A stretch of DNA of 63,530 bases, counting the filler. It is 4 parts of 4 records of this genome, joined end to end, with 100 filler letters (N's around TTAATTAATTAA, not from the genome) between each part and the next. Parts side by side here need not be neighbours in the genome. Positions count along the whole stretch, not along the records: positions 1 to 24,012 come from SRR20825019_2009; positions 24,113 to 39,448 come from SRR20825019_2011; 2 more parts are not named here. One strand, 5' to 3'. Each line of letters begins with the position of its first letter. Position 1 is the stretch's first letter. The translations under genes and the position numbers were made by a program. Positions 13,990-27,586 of the stretch are shown here, one piece after another. Under the pieces are notes generated by a model. The model searched no databases, was not told where the DNA came from, and was given only the letters and a program-made list of their open reading frames with translations.

Positions 13990-14850
13990 TCCGGGCGCGG
14001 GGGAGTTGGCGGGGCACCACTGTATGAGCAGTCGAAATGAAGGTGAACATGCTGCGTACCGTTGGTGAGTGTCGAAGGGAGCCTGAGACCAGTTTGTTAG
14101 AAGGCATAGGGCGGGTAACGGTCAAGTGCAGGCCTCGGCCTCAGGCGGTGAGCCAGTGACGTATCCTCATCGCAGCGGAGCCCGGAGCGATGACGGCGCG
14201 GCCTCACTGCGTCGCCGTCGTCCGGGGATCGTGCCGCGCTGCTGGTGGGCCGAGCTGTGAGCCCCACGCGGACACTCACCACCACTCCCGAGTGCGGAGT
14301 TCCGTTCAACAGCGATGAACAACCTCTTCCCGCCCTTTCGCATTCTTGGTAGGCCTGGAAAAAGAAAATGAACGTTAGGAATCTCACATGCTCTCGAGGA
14401 TAGGCCACAGGCCGCCTTTGCGGACATTGTCATCCCAATTGGGACGTTAATATTTATATGCGATTGAGCGGTTAGGATTTCCTGGCCAGTAACTGTCGCA
14501 CCTGGCAAACACGAGCCGGCCCGGCGGCGCAGGGCGCGAACCCGATCGGAGTCGGCGGAGTGACCAGTGTCACGCGCCCTAACCGTACTCAGTGAGCCCA
14601 CAGTCCACCTGATGGCCACTCAGACCTTAGTCGGACCGGACCGGGGGCCGGCCGCGGGGTGCCCGGTGCGGGGCGGCGCCGCCGGCGGCCGTCCGAAGCC
14701 GCCCGGGCAGGCCGCGGGCCCACAGTCGGCGTCCACCCCTGGTCCATCCGGTATGGGGGAAGGTCGGTGCCCGCCAGCGTGGGCCCTCCGGCGACCCTCT
14801 CTGACCACTGGCAGTCACGGTGTGTTATCAGGCAGGGTGTGGCGGCTGGC
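13990..14850. promoter_or_regulatory. GC-rich island between divergent XMAP215 and TPR genes
   Basis: Composition and position between starts at 13836 (-) and 14862 (+). Confidence 0.5.
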
Positions 14851-14861
14851 CCAGTACATCC

Positions 14862-15823
14862 ATGTCGCCACCGAAGATGGCCATGGTCGCGGCCCTTGGA
14901 TGCACTTCCACAAAGTGGTGCTAAGCAAGGAGCAATGTGCCTAGTATAAACAAAGGCAGCACGACCTCTTCTTGTTCCCTACGGAAAACACCATGATTGA
15001 GGGAGGCTCCATCCGAGGGCTGGTCCGCCGTGACCCCACGGGCGGTCACCAGGGGAAGGATGGCGGTGGTCTCGACACCAAGTACGGGTACTTTGACAAA
15101 AAGTTTCCGGCGGAGCGCCACCCGGCCGAAGACTATGGATCAGACCCTAAAGACTGGATCGTCCCGTCAAGGACACGGCCAGCTGAGGAGGTGACTTTGG
15201 ACATGCTGTGCCCTCCACCGGAGCCATCGAGCATGAAACCTTCGCTTGCACCACCTGAAGAACATGAGGAAGTCAAGAAATTTGCCAAGGAGGAACCGGT
15301 GGTAAGGCCAAGTCGTCGTTGCGGCGTGTTGTTAGGCTGACGGCGTGACAGGACACCTACACAGCCACGCATGAGGTGATGCGTAGTTTCATTGGAAAAA
15401 ACCGCCAGCGTGCCGAGGACGTCGCGGAGGCACAGAACAACTGGGTGGCCGAGCATTATGGGGTGAATAGTGAGAAATATGCTGTCTCTGTCTTCAATCA
15501 TGCAAAGTACGGTGATGTAAGAATGGGCCATGGATCCCAGCGCTTATGAGTATTGTAGGGTGCTGGAGTCACAACAGAAGTACCAGGAGGCACTGCCGCT
15601 GTTTGAGGAGGCACTGAATATTATGAAGGGGGTTAGGTCTGGCACGGGGGTGTATGGTGAGACTGGGGATGTAGACAAGACTGCCGAGGACAAGTCAGGC
15701 GACGAGGTCAAGGTTGCGCTGCATGAGTACGAGAGAATGGTTAAATGGTGCAGGATGATGAACCACCGCATGCCAGTGCCCCCGTCCAAGGGCTATACCA
15801 TCATGTCCGCAGCATTCGAGTGA
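14862..15823 (+). CDS. TPR-containing protein (kinesin-light-chain-type TPR), 4 exons
   Basis: The spliced product contains HYGVNSEKYAVSVFNHAKVLESQQKYQEALPLFEEALNIMK. Three GT-AG introns. AATAAA at 15845-15850. Confidence 0.65.
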
Positions 15824-15899
15824 TCAAGCGAAGGTCGCAACCAGAATAAAAGTCATGGAATCACACAGTATTGGTATTGACTGTACATTCTTCGCGCCA

Positions 15900-17236
15900 C
15901 TACAGCGGCAGTGCGCCCTCGCCACTCTCGTTCATCTCCTCCGATCCTGCTGGGTGCAGTGTGGGCGTAGTGAGCAGCTCATCATCTTTGCCTTTTCGTC
16001 TCAATACTTCGGCCACTTCGTGAGAATTCTTGTGGAACCGTCCAAGCAACAGGACCTCATTGTACACTGCCCGATCCACACTGTCCAAGATATCATCGAC
16101 GTTGCATTCGTCAACGCCACTCTCAAACTGCCGCAACACACTCGTTCGCATGGCATCGGCGGCATTCACCACCAAATTCGGCTCCTTCACCCCCAGCTCA
16201 AAGAACTCCTGCAACTCGACGCTAATCTTGTTTGTGTTGTCCTCCTCCAGTGCATGCTCCATTTTTTCCCTAATAACCACACATAAGCAACAGCACTTCG
16301 CCGACCCATCCAGCCCATTAGAAGCAAAAGCACATCCGGATAAGACAAGACAAGACAGCACACCACACGGCACCACACCACACCACACCGCACGAAATGG
16401 ACTTACTTCGCCTCCTTGGTGCGGATAATATTTCGAACTTCCTCAATCTCATCATGAATCTCCAATCGGAACTCATCCACAGCATCCTTTGCCTTCTTCA
16501 GAGCATCGTGATCCTTGTCCTTAGCGGCAGCACTCAAAATAACCTGAACACTCTTCGTGACAAACTCCTTGAGCTTGAACGTCACAGCAAAGTTTGGAAT
16601 CCGTTCAGCGGCTGCATGTATTCCCTCCCGTAGAGTGTCGTAATCACATAACTCCGCGCTCCTCATTATACACGTCTCGATTCCAACTTGTATCATGTTC
16701 CGCCGCCGCTCAGCAATACCGTCCTGCATATCGCGAAGTACTGCTCTGTACTCATAAATGGGTGGCGGGACGCCCATCGGGTTCTTTCCATCGAACTCGT
16801 TGATCCGCTTCACCACCTCGTCGAAAACCTGCTCAAGCGCCATGATGAGACTCCGAACGGAATAATTCTCATTCGCAATGTAATCTTCTGCACCAGTCAG
16901 AGGCACAATACACTCATATAAGGCCTCCAATATCCTCGTTTCTCTCGGAGTGATCGTGCCCTTAGACCGGGCCCCCCATACTGCCTTCTTCAGCTCCCCA
17001 ATCTTCGCTGCCCGTTCCTGTCGAAGGTATCAGGACAATATCCACCATGGCCAACAAATACTCACATTATCTTCAGACTCCTCCGCCACCGTAACCAATA
17101 TCCGGACAATCTCCTCGAACACATCAGACATCCTGTTCATTTCGGACATCAACTGGTACGGGGCCTTGCGCAGTTCGTTCTCGAACTCCCTGCGAAGGGA
17201 CTCCTTGCCAGTTTGCCGCAAGCCAGAGCTGAACAT
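15900..17236 (-). CDS. Hypothetical alpha-helical protein, 3 exons
   Basis: ORFs 17030-17236, 16403-16930 and 15900-16388 join in frame through GTGAGT..CAG and GTAAGT..TAG introns. Confidence 0.65.
16343..16389. repeat. Compound pentanucleotide microsatellite (AGACA)n/(CACAC)n in an intron
   Basis: Directly visible: agacaagacaagaca...caccacaccacaccacacc. Confidence 0.75.
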
Positions 17237-17489
17237 GGCTGCTGGCTAACTAGGCCGCTGTGTATCAGCTCTCTGGACTATTCGCGGGGGGCATATAAGA
17301 CCTTGACTCCATGGAGCAAAGACCATTGTTGTTAGGAAAGGTCAACACGCTTGCCTCGAGTGTCCAGTCAAGGGCGGCTAACGGACCACTTCCTCGGAAA
17401 ATATACGGAGCAAGAATGGCGTCCACCCACGGAATGGACCAGAGAGTGCGAAGCGTACACGGCCTTTCATTGTGGATAGCAGTCGACCA

Positions 17490-18480
17490 CGTAGCAGCCC
17501 ATAGGGCGCCCGGGACGGACGCGGCCACAACATCCTGCGCACGGCCGACTTGGCCCCGCCCCCGTGACGATGTGGCCCGGGACCTGGCGCGTCGTGCTGC
17601 CCTCGTCCCACCCGCGCCGGAGAGCCTGCGACCGGTGGGTGGTGGCGCGCCTGTGGCGGGAGGGGCGGCCCCGAGGCCGGGCCGGTCTCAGTCTCACGAC
17701 CGGAGGCCACTCCTCAACAGTCCTGGCTCCTGGTTGGCACCCGGGCAGCCGAGCAGAGCCATGATCACTGACCGTACTGCGGTCCGTGTCCGGGGCACCG
17801 GCGGACGGTGCGGCGGCGGACCGGCCGGGCCTGGGGACCCTGGGACTCTGGCGGGCCGCCGGCCCGGCGGCCCCGCCGGGCCCCGCGGGGCCGGGCCGCG
17901 CCGGCGGGCCCGGCCGGACGCCCACCGCACTGCATGCCTTGCAGGCCGCTAGCGTCACCGTGAATGAATCAAGAGTGAGTCGGAGTGATTACCGGACAAG
18001 GGCGTATCAACAGGGTGCCGGCCTACGGTGTGGCCCCCCGGGTTGCCCAGGCCTCGTCCACAGTGATCGCCAGCTGAGCCGTTACTGTGGCCCACCCTCT
18101 AATCACGAATTGGCCCGCACTCGCCGTGCCGTGCGGTGACCCCGCCCGCTGGCCCCCGGCGGCGCCCGGGCGCCGGGCAGCCCGGCTGCCGCTGCCGGGC
18201 GGCCGGCACGGGTCACTACTGACCGTGAGGCGGGGCGGACTACGCCAAGGGGCGCCGGGGCGCCGGGCGCACGCCGCAAGCGCTGAGCGGGCCCGGCCGC
18301 CCGGCCCAGGCACCCCAGAGTGACGCCGCTGGAGCGGTGGCGAGGGCGGCGGCCCCGGAGTCCGCGGACAGGACCCGCACCTGAGGCACCGTGGCCGTTC
18401 GAGCCGTCGTTGGAGCCAGGCCTGCCAGTGGGCCGGCAACCGAGACTGCCCTCAGGAAGCCAGGTTAAGGGACCTATCGG
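17490..18480. promoter_or_regulatory. GC-rich island between divergent genes
   Basis: Composition. Lies between starts at 17236 (-) and 18586 (+). Confidence 0.5.
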
Positions 18481-18585
18481 GGGCTCCCCATGAACCTGGT
18501 GGCCCCTTCACTCCGCAGCGCGCCTTTATGTATCAATGAGTGAACACCCATCACTACTGCACCAACACCCTTGAGGCAGTGAACT

Positions 18586-19006
18586 ATGGCGGAAACCAAG
18601 CCATCCAAACCAGGTGTGATTCGTAACCCCGACGAACCTAAGCCCGGTGTCCCCATCACCATTCTTACCGATGCTGAGGCCAGTAAGTTCCGCCGGTATT
18701 CAACCGTGGCACGCTTCAGTTACTCAGCTGTGAACGACAGGGACTGCACCTACGGAGGAGGGCTGTGTGGCCTACCTCCGCAAGCACAACATTCAAGCCA
18801 TGATGACGAACGCGATCGAGGACCTGCTTAAGTATCAGCCCGAGGACCCCGAAGAGTTTCTTGCGGCTTATTTTGAAGCACTAATTCCGGACGAGCACAC
18901 CGCCAAAGTCCAGGCGAGTCCCGACCGCTCTTTCCCGCTTTCCTTCAGTCACTGACTCCTCCTGCTGCAGGCTTTCAACCACGGGCGTGGAATGCAGGTC
19001 AGCTGA
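18586..19006 (+). CDS. Small RIIa/Dpy-30 dimerization-docking domain protein, 3 exons
   Basis: AYLRKHNIQAMMTNAIEDLLKYQPEDPEEFLAAYF matches the RIIa/Dpy-30 pattern. Introns 18683-18740 (GT-AG) and 18914-18970 (GC-AG). Confidence 0.7.
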
Positions 19007-19117
19007 ACTAACCCCAGCAGTTTGGCACGATTACTATCCGAGGTGGCAACGCGACTCACACGCGGAGAGAGTAAACCACACCGCCGTTTGTAGCTGTGCG
19101 TTTATTGCGGGCCCGCA

Positions 19118-22044
<2,927 letters not shown>

Positions 22045-22094
22045 CGCACTAGAGTTTAGTGCGTAGACGAACTGGCCAAAGCTGAATATATATT

Positions 22095-22560
22095 CCAGCG
22101 GGCGCGGCGCCTACGGCTGCCTTGTAATCAAGTGATGCGGCCGGTCACGGCCACCTCGGACTGGGACTGCGCCACCGGGCTGGCCCGCCAACGACCCCAA
22201 GCCACGTGGGGCCTCCCGGAGTCGGGACTCAGAGGGCTTGCCGGGCCGGCTTGCCCGGCGACGACGGGCCGCCAGCAAGGCCGTGGTGACTTGGTTGTTG
22301 ATCATGTGCCATGTCACAGCCATACCGCGGCCCCGACCGGCCCACTGTCGCCACTCGCAGCGGCGCCGGACGATGCGCCCTTACTAGGCTCTCAGGCCCC
22401 GCAGTGCTCACCCCGGCTTTGGGCCTCATCACAGTTCGTTGTACAGCACTACTCCCAGGCGGCGGCGGAGTGACACCGCGACCGGACGTCCTCAGGCAAG
22501 CCTCAGTCCGCAGCAGAGTGAGTCCGGCAGTCGGACCACTCGGATCAACCGAACAGTACA
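22095..22560. promoter_or_regulatory. GC-rich island upstream of FTHFS
   Basis: Composition and position. Confidence 0.45.
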
Positions 22561-23204
22561 CACTTTCTCAGTGACTTGAGGGGGGCTTTGATCAATGCCA
22601 ACGCATTTCTATATATAGAAGCCGGCTCAAGGGACGGTTCGACTGGACGGGATTCATCGACTTCACTACAGGATTTCACTCACACGAACTCAAGATTAGT
22701 CGACTTGATTCGCCTGGGCGGTGTCATGTAGCAATGCCAAGAGGAATGGTCCACTTTGAATGTTTGAGAGCTCCTTAGAAACCAACAAGGGGCCAACAAG
22801 GTACCATTACCATTTGACTTTCGACTTAACCCAATGAGGCCTGGAAAGTTGTGATATATTCAATATTACCAGGATATTCACCACTACATTGTGAATCCTT
22901 GTTGTTTGGATCATGTTCACGTATTGATCATCAAGCTGAGTACTAACGCTGCAGGAAATCTCCAAGTTGATGAAGAGCCGCTCCTAGGTGTCACGCAAAC
23001 AGGAGTACGCATAACACTCAGTTTTGCATTGAAGACTAGCATTACACCTCAATGGTCATTCTCGGCAAAGGAATCTTACATCTTTGAACCCAGTGAGATT
23101 GACCACGGATTAAAACATTACTTCTTAATATTTTTCTCTCATTCTGAATTCATTGGACACCATACCCCCTTGTCCAGCCTTTACGTGGGATACACATTCG
23201 TTCC

Positions 23205-23851
23205 TCAAAGGAAATAATATGTATATAGAAGCAAGCCAAACACCAGTATACCAAACAGAATCATTGTTCTGTAGACAGCATGGTCAAGAATTCAGAATGG
23301 CTATGCCATGGTGATCGGTGATAACTCAACACAGCCAACCGAAGAGGCCCAGAGATGATATGGCCGTGTTCTGTCTCATGGGTGTTCAAAGGAGTGACTC
23401 CCTTGTTTGTAGGGGCGTATTCCGCAGATGTCAGATGGATACCACGGACAGCATTCTAAAACGATGATAAATATTACGGACTGTGTTCCCAAGCGCGTCG
23501 AGTTTGCTGTTGAAAAAGGTACTATCCAACATATCACTAAAATAGTCGTGATAAAGCTCAAGACGGGCTGTCCCCGGCGTCTGTGACCGCGGCCCTGAAA
23601 TTTCGTAGGTACACGTGCCATACAGCGGCAGGTATGCAACCACGGGGTGATACTGTTCTAAGATGTTGCCGGTGCTTGTTGGACAAGGTAGTGGAGACGT
23701 GGTCGTGTGCGGCTGCGCAACTTGGCCGGGATGGTGATCTCATGATCGATACACTAGAGCCTTGGAGGTTTGTTGTTAACGTTGTGCACAGCCTGTTCGG
23801 CGCGGCTATTTTGTTGATTTCTCGATCATAGGAAATCTTCTTCACCAGCAT
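23205..23851 (-). CDS. Putative 4-exon small membrane protein
   Basis: Introns 23653-23595, 23522-23456 and 23339-23269 (all GT-AG) join one frame with two hydrophobic segments: VLSFITTILVICWINAV and MILFGILVFGLLLYTYYFL*. Confidence 0.4.
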
Positions 23852-23988
23852 TATTCAGTACTCGGAAACATGAATTCCGTCACCCTCTGGCCGGGCCAGG
23901 GCCGCCGTACACAGCGAGGCAGCCAGCGCGTTGCTGCTCGAATGGCGCCGCGGCCGGGGCCCCGGCCCCCGCGGCCCGCCGACGAGCG

Positions 23989-24012
23989 CCCCCCCCCCCC
24001 CCCCCCCCCCCC
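23989..24012. repeat. Poly-C tract at contig end
   Basis: C24 immediately before the N run. Confidence 0.9.
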
Positions 24013-24112
24013 NNNNNNNNNNNNNNNNNNNNNNNNNNNNNNNNNNNNNNNNNNNNTTAATTAATTAANNNNNNNNNNNNNNNNNNNNNNNNNNNNNNNN
24101 NNNNNNNNNNNN
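24013..24112. other. Artificial contig spacer
   Basis: N44-TTAATTAATTAA-N44, with stops in all six frames. Confidence 0.98.
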
Positions 24113-24458
24113 AAAGAAAGCCATTGTTTTTGTGCTTTCAGATTTTATTGCAGCCGATTATAAAGATACATTGAAAATTGCCGCTAGAAAGCACGACCTC
24201 ACCGGAATTAGAGTTTATGACAAAGCCGAAGAAAATATTCCAAATTTAGGAATGGTGCAAATGCAAGATCAAGAAACTGGCGAGCTTCTTTTAGTAAACA
24301 CAGGCTCCAAAAGTGTGCGTAATCACTATTATAGTTACCATCGTGAACGTGTGGATTATTTCACTGAAACCTTTACCAAAAGTGGCGCAGGTGCCTTGAG
24401 TTGTAGGGTTGATGAAAGTTATGTAAAAAAATTATTAGGTTATTTTAAAAGACGATAG
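24113..24458 (+). CDS. DUF58 family protein, C-terminal fragment
   Basis: KAIVFVLSDF...KHDLTGIRVYD motif, in the usual position upstream of the bat genes. Confidence 0.85.
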
Positions 24459-24472
24459 ATTTTAGACTTGAG

Positions 24473-26140
24473 ATGTTAGATTTTAGACAAAATAGTAATC
24501 AGAAAAACCGAAAATTTATTTTTCAAGGCAACTCATATTTACTTTTTTCGGCAATCGTATTCTTCTTTTCTTTTTTTGCTAACGCCCAAGTAACCTCTTC
24601 AATCGATTCTACAAAAATTAGAATTGGCGAAGAAATACTATACACCATAAACGTTCAAGCAGACTCAACCGATGTAGTTGTTTTTCCTGAAGAGCAAACT
24701 TTTATGCCTTTAGAAATGATAACGTCCTATAAAATGGACACTACATTTGAAGCTTCAAAATACCGCCTCATTAAAAAATACGGGTTAACGCAGTTTGATA
24801 GTGGTCATTTTACCATTCCGCCGCAACGTATTTTCATCAACAACAAACCTTTTTTAACCGATTCCATAAAAGTGGAAGTTGCAGATGTGGTTGTAGATAC
24901 TACAAAACAGAAAATGTTCGATATAAAACCTGCGGTGGAAGTAAAAAGCCCGCCGTTTGATTGGTTATCGCTTTTATACTGGTTACTTCCTGTTTTATTG
25001 ATTATTGCAATCGCCTTTTATTTATTCCGAAGAAAAAAACGAAAAGACGCTGCCGAAAAACAATTACCTCCTTATGAAGAAGCTATTGTAGCGTTAAAAC
25101 AATTGGATAATTCACAATTATTGCTGGAGAATAAAAGCAAAGAATATTATAGTAATCTTACTGAAATTGTAAAGCGTTATTTAGACCGTGAAGTAGATGA
25201 AGCTGCGCTAGAAAGCACCAGCGACGAACTTATTAGTCGTTTAATGATGCACAAAGATGCTGGAAGTTTTGATTTTGATTTGGACACGATTCGGAAGTTA
25301 GATCAAATTTTTAAACGTGCCGATTTGGTAAAATTTGCAAAAATGAGCCAACAATCGGGGCAAGCGGAAGTTGATAGAAAAACTATTGAAGAAATTATCA
25401 ACGAAACCCATGAAGCCGTTCCGGAACCTACCGAGGAGGAACTTTTAAAAAACCAAGAACACCTAGAAAAGCTTAAGAAAAAGCGCCAACGCAAAAAATG
25501 GATTTTGGGAATTTCGGGTGTATTTGCTGCAATTATCTTGTCGGCAATAATCTATGGTAGTATTTCTGGTTTTGATAATTTAAAAGATAAAATTCTTGGC
25601 AATGAGCTCCGAGAGCTTTCCGAAGGACGCTGGATAAATAGCGAATACGGAAACCCTGCCGTAATTTTAGAAACCCCCGAAGTACTTATTAGAGGCGAAA
25701 TGCCTAAAACAAATGCCGATAATAGCATTATAAGCGCTAGAGATGTATTCACTTTTGGTGAAAAAAATACACCGCTTTATATTATGGTTTCAACAATACA
25801 GTTTTCACAAAAACAAGACATTGCATTAGACACTGCTTTAGATGCTGTTTTGGACGATCTTGAGCAAAGTGGAGCTAAAAATTTAATCGTAAAACGCGAT
25901 GATTTTGAAACCGAAAAAGGCATCAAAGGTTTAAAAGCTTATGGCGAGTTTAATGTTCAGGTTTCAGACAACAAAATTCTAAAAGAGAAAAGCACTTATG
26001 AACTCTTACTCTTTGCACAGCAAAATGGTTTGCAAGAAGTTTTGATTGTATATCAAGACGATGGCAAATACGCCGAAAAAATAAAAGAACGTATTATCAA
26101 TTCCATAGAACTTGAAATTTCAGAGCATGATGGGCAGTAA
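24473..26140 (+). CDS. Bat-operon membrane protein (BatD-like Ig N-terminus, two TM helices); start may be downstream
   Basis: Signal peptide ...FANA|Q, TM followed by RRKKRK...LPPYEEA, a second TM and a C-terminal soluble domain. Located between DUF58 and batA. Confidence 0.8.
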   Translation: MLDFRQNSNQKNRKFIFQGNSYLLFSAIVFFFSFFANAQVTSSIDSTKIRIGEEILYTINVQADSTDVVVFPEEQTFMPLEMITSYKMDTTFEASKYRLIKKYGLTQFDSGHFTIPPQRIFINNKPFLTDSIKVEVADVVVDTTKQKMFDIKPAVEVKSPPFDWLSLLYWLLPVLLIIAIAFYLFRRKKRKDAAEKQLPPYEEAIVALKQLDNSQLLLENKSKEYYSNLTEIVKRYLDREVDEAALESTSDELISRLMMHKDAGSFDFDLDTIRKLDQIFKRADLVKFAKMSQQSGQAEVDRKTIEEIINETHEAVPEPTEEELLKNQEHLEKLKKKRQRKKWILGISGVFAAIILSAIIYGSISGFDNLKDKILGNELRELSEGRWINSEYGNPAVILETPEVLIRGEMPKTNADNSIISARDVFTFGEKNTPLYIMVSTIQFSQKQDIALDTALDAVLDDLEQSGAKNLIVKRDDFETEKGIKGLKAYGEFNVQVSDNKILKEKSTYELLLFAQQNGLQEVLIVYQDDGKYAEKIKERIINSIELEISEHDGQ

Positions 26141-27134
26141 TTTCGAATTTGTAAATCCGCAGTTTTTCTGGTTGTTTCTAATACTTCCACCACTTGTGCT
26201 ATGGTATTTATGGAAACGAAAACAACAAACAGCATCACTAAAAATTTCTAGTATTAGCGGTTTTAAAACTGGAAAAAACTGGCTAGCGCGCTTAAAACCA
26301 TTTTTGTTTGTACTTCGCCTTTTGGCACTTTCAGCATTAATCGTGGCAATGGCAAGGCCGCGTACAGTAGATGAAACCACAAAAACAAAAACTACGCGTG
26401 GAATAGACATTGTTATGGCAATGGATCTTTCTGCAAGTATGCTTGCGCGCGATTTAAAACCAAATCGTTTGGAAGCCCTAAAAACAGTTGCCGCACGTTT
26501 TATAAGCAGTCGCCCAAATGACCGAATTGGTTTGGTGGAATATGCAGGAGAAAGTTATACCCGAACCCCTTTAACAAGTGATAAAACCATAGTCCTTTCA
26601 TCTCTAAAAAGTATGGTTTACAATACAACCATTGAAGGCGGAACAGCAATTGGTTCAGGTTTGGCAACGGCTGTAAACCGTTTGAAGGAAAGCCGTGCCA
26701 AAAGTAAAGTTATCATTTTATTGACCGACGGGGTTAACAACTCAGGCTTTATAGACCCAAGAATAGCAAGTGAGCTTGCAGTGGAATTTGGCATAAAAGT
26801 ATATACCATTGGTTTGGGAAGCAATGGTATGGCAATGTCGCCCATTGGTATTCGCCCAGACGGTGGTTTTCAATACGGAAATGTACAAGTGGAAATTGAC
26901 GAGACTTTGCTAAAGGAAATCGCTGCAAAAACGGGTGGTCAATATTTTCGAGCAACGAGCAATACGAAACTAGAAGAAATTTACGAAGAAATAAACAAGT
27001 TAGAGAAAACGGATATCGAAGAATTTAAATACACAAATTATAACGAAATGTTTCGCCCATGGGCAATTTTCGCATTGATTTTAATTGCATTTGAGTTTTT
27101 GTTGCGAACAACCGTTTTCCGTGGGTTTTTGTAA
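26127..27134 (+). CDS. batA: BatA VWA domain protein
   Basis: N-terminal F.NP.FFWL...P, MIDAS DLSAS, LLTDG and a C-terminal TM. Confidence 0.92.
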   Translation: MMGSNFEFVNPQFFWLFLILPPLVLWYLWKRKQQTASLKISSISGFKTGKNWLARLKPFLFVLRLLALSALIVAMARPRTVDETTKTKTTRGIDIVMAMDLSASMLARDLKPNRLEALKTVAARFISSRPNDRIGLVEYAGESYTRTPLTSDKTIVLSSLKSMVYNTTIEGGTAIGSGLATAVNRLKESRAKSKVIILLTDGVNNSGFIDPRIASELAVEFGIKVYTIGLGSNGMAMSPIGIRPDGGFQYGNVQVEIDETLLKEIAAKTGGQYFRATSNTKLEEIYEEINKLEKTDIEEFKYTNYNEMFRPWAIFALILIAFEFLLRTTVFRGFL

Positions 27135-27154
27135 AGTTCATAACCCCCGAAGAA

Positions 27155-27583
27155 ATGGAACAGGAAAATGATTTTTTGAAGCGTGAAGTCCAAAAGTTAA
27201 CGATGGCAATAGCGAAATTGATTGGTGAAACAATTTCAGCAGACATAAATAATTTTGAAACTGTAGTTTCTGAATCGGATGAAAAATTAGACGGATATTT
27301 TGGTTTATCGCTTAAAGAAATTTCAAAAACCAAAGATTCAGAATTGATGGAAAAAGTGAAAAATATTCATGAAGTACATCTTGAAAAATTAATAGAATTA
27401 ATGTTTCAAACAATTCAAAAATCAGAAGAGTTTAATGCTCAATTGAATATTGAAATAAATGAGTTGTCGAAGAAATTATTATTAATGATTGATTTTGCAA
27501 ACGAAAAAAGCAATTCGTTTTCTGTTGAAAGAATGAATATGAAAACCAAAATAATAAAACTAAAAAACAGCAATAAAGAATAA
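27155..27583 (+). CDS. Hypothetical helical protein between batA and batB
   Basis: 142-aa ORF with tight operonic spacing. Confidence 0.75.
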   Translation: MEQENDFLKREVQKLTMAIAKLIGETISADINNFETVVSESDEKLDGYFGLSLKEISKTKDSELMEKVKNIHEVHLEKLIELMFQTIQKSEEFNAQLNIEINELSKKLLLMIDFANEKSNSFSVERMNMKTKIIKLKNSNKE

Positions 27584-27586
27584 AAA

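Noticed and set aside
24013-24112. Eukaryote-bacterium junctions as horizontal gene transfer
   Set aside because: All three junctions are the same synthetic N-TTAATTAATTAA-N spacer.
24456-24488. Duplicated TAGATTTTAGAC at the DUF58 end as an IS target-site duplication
   Set aside because: Only a few nucleotides separate the copies, with no transposase or terminal repeats.
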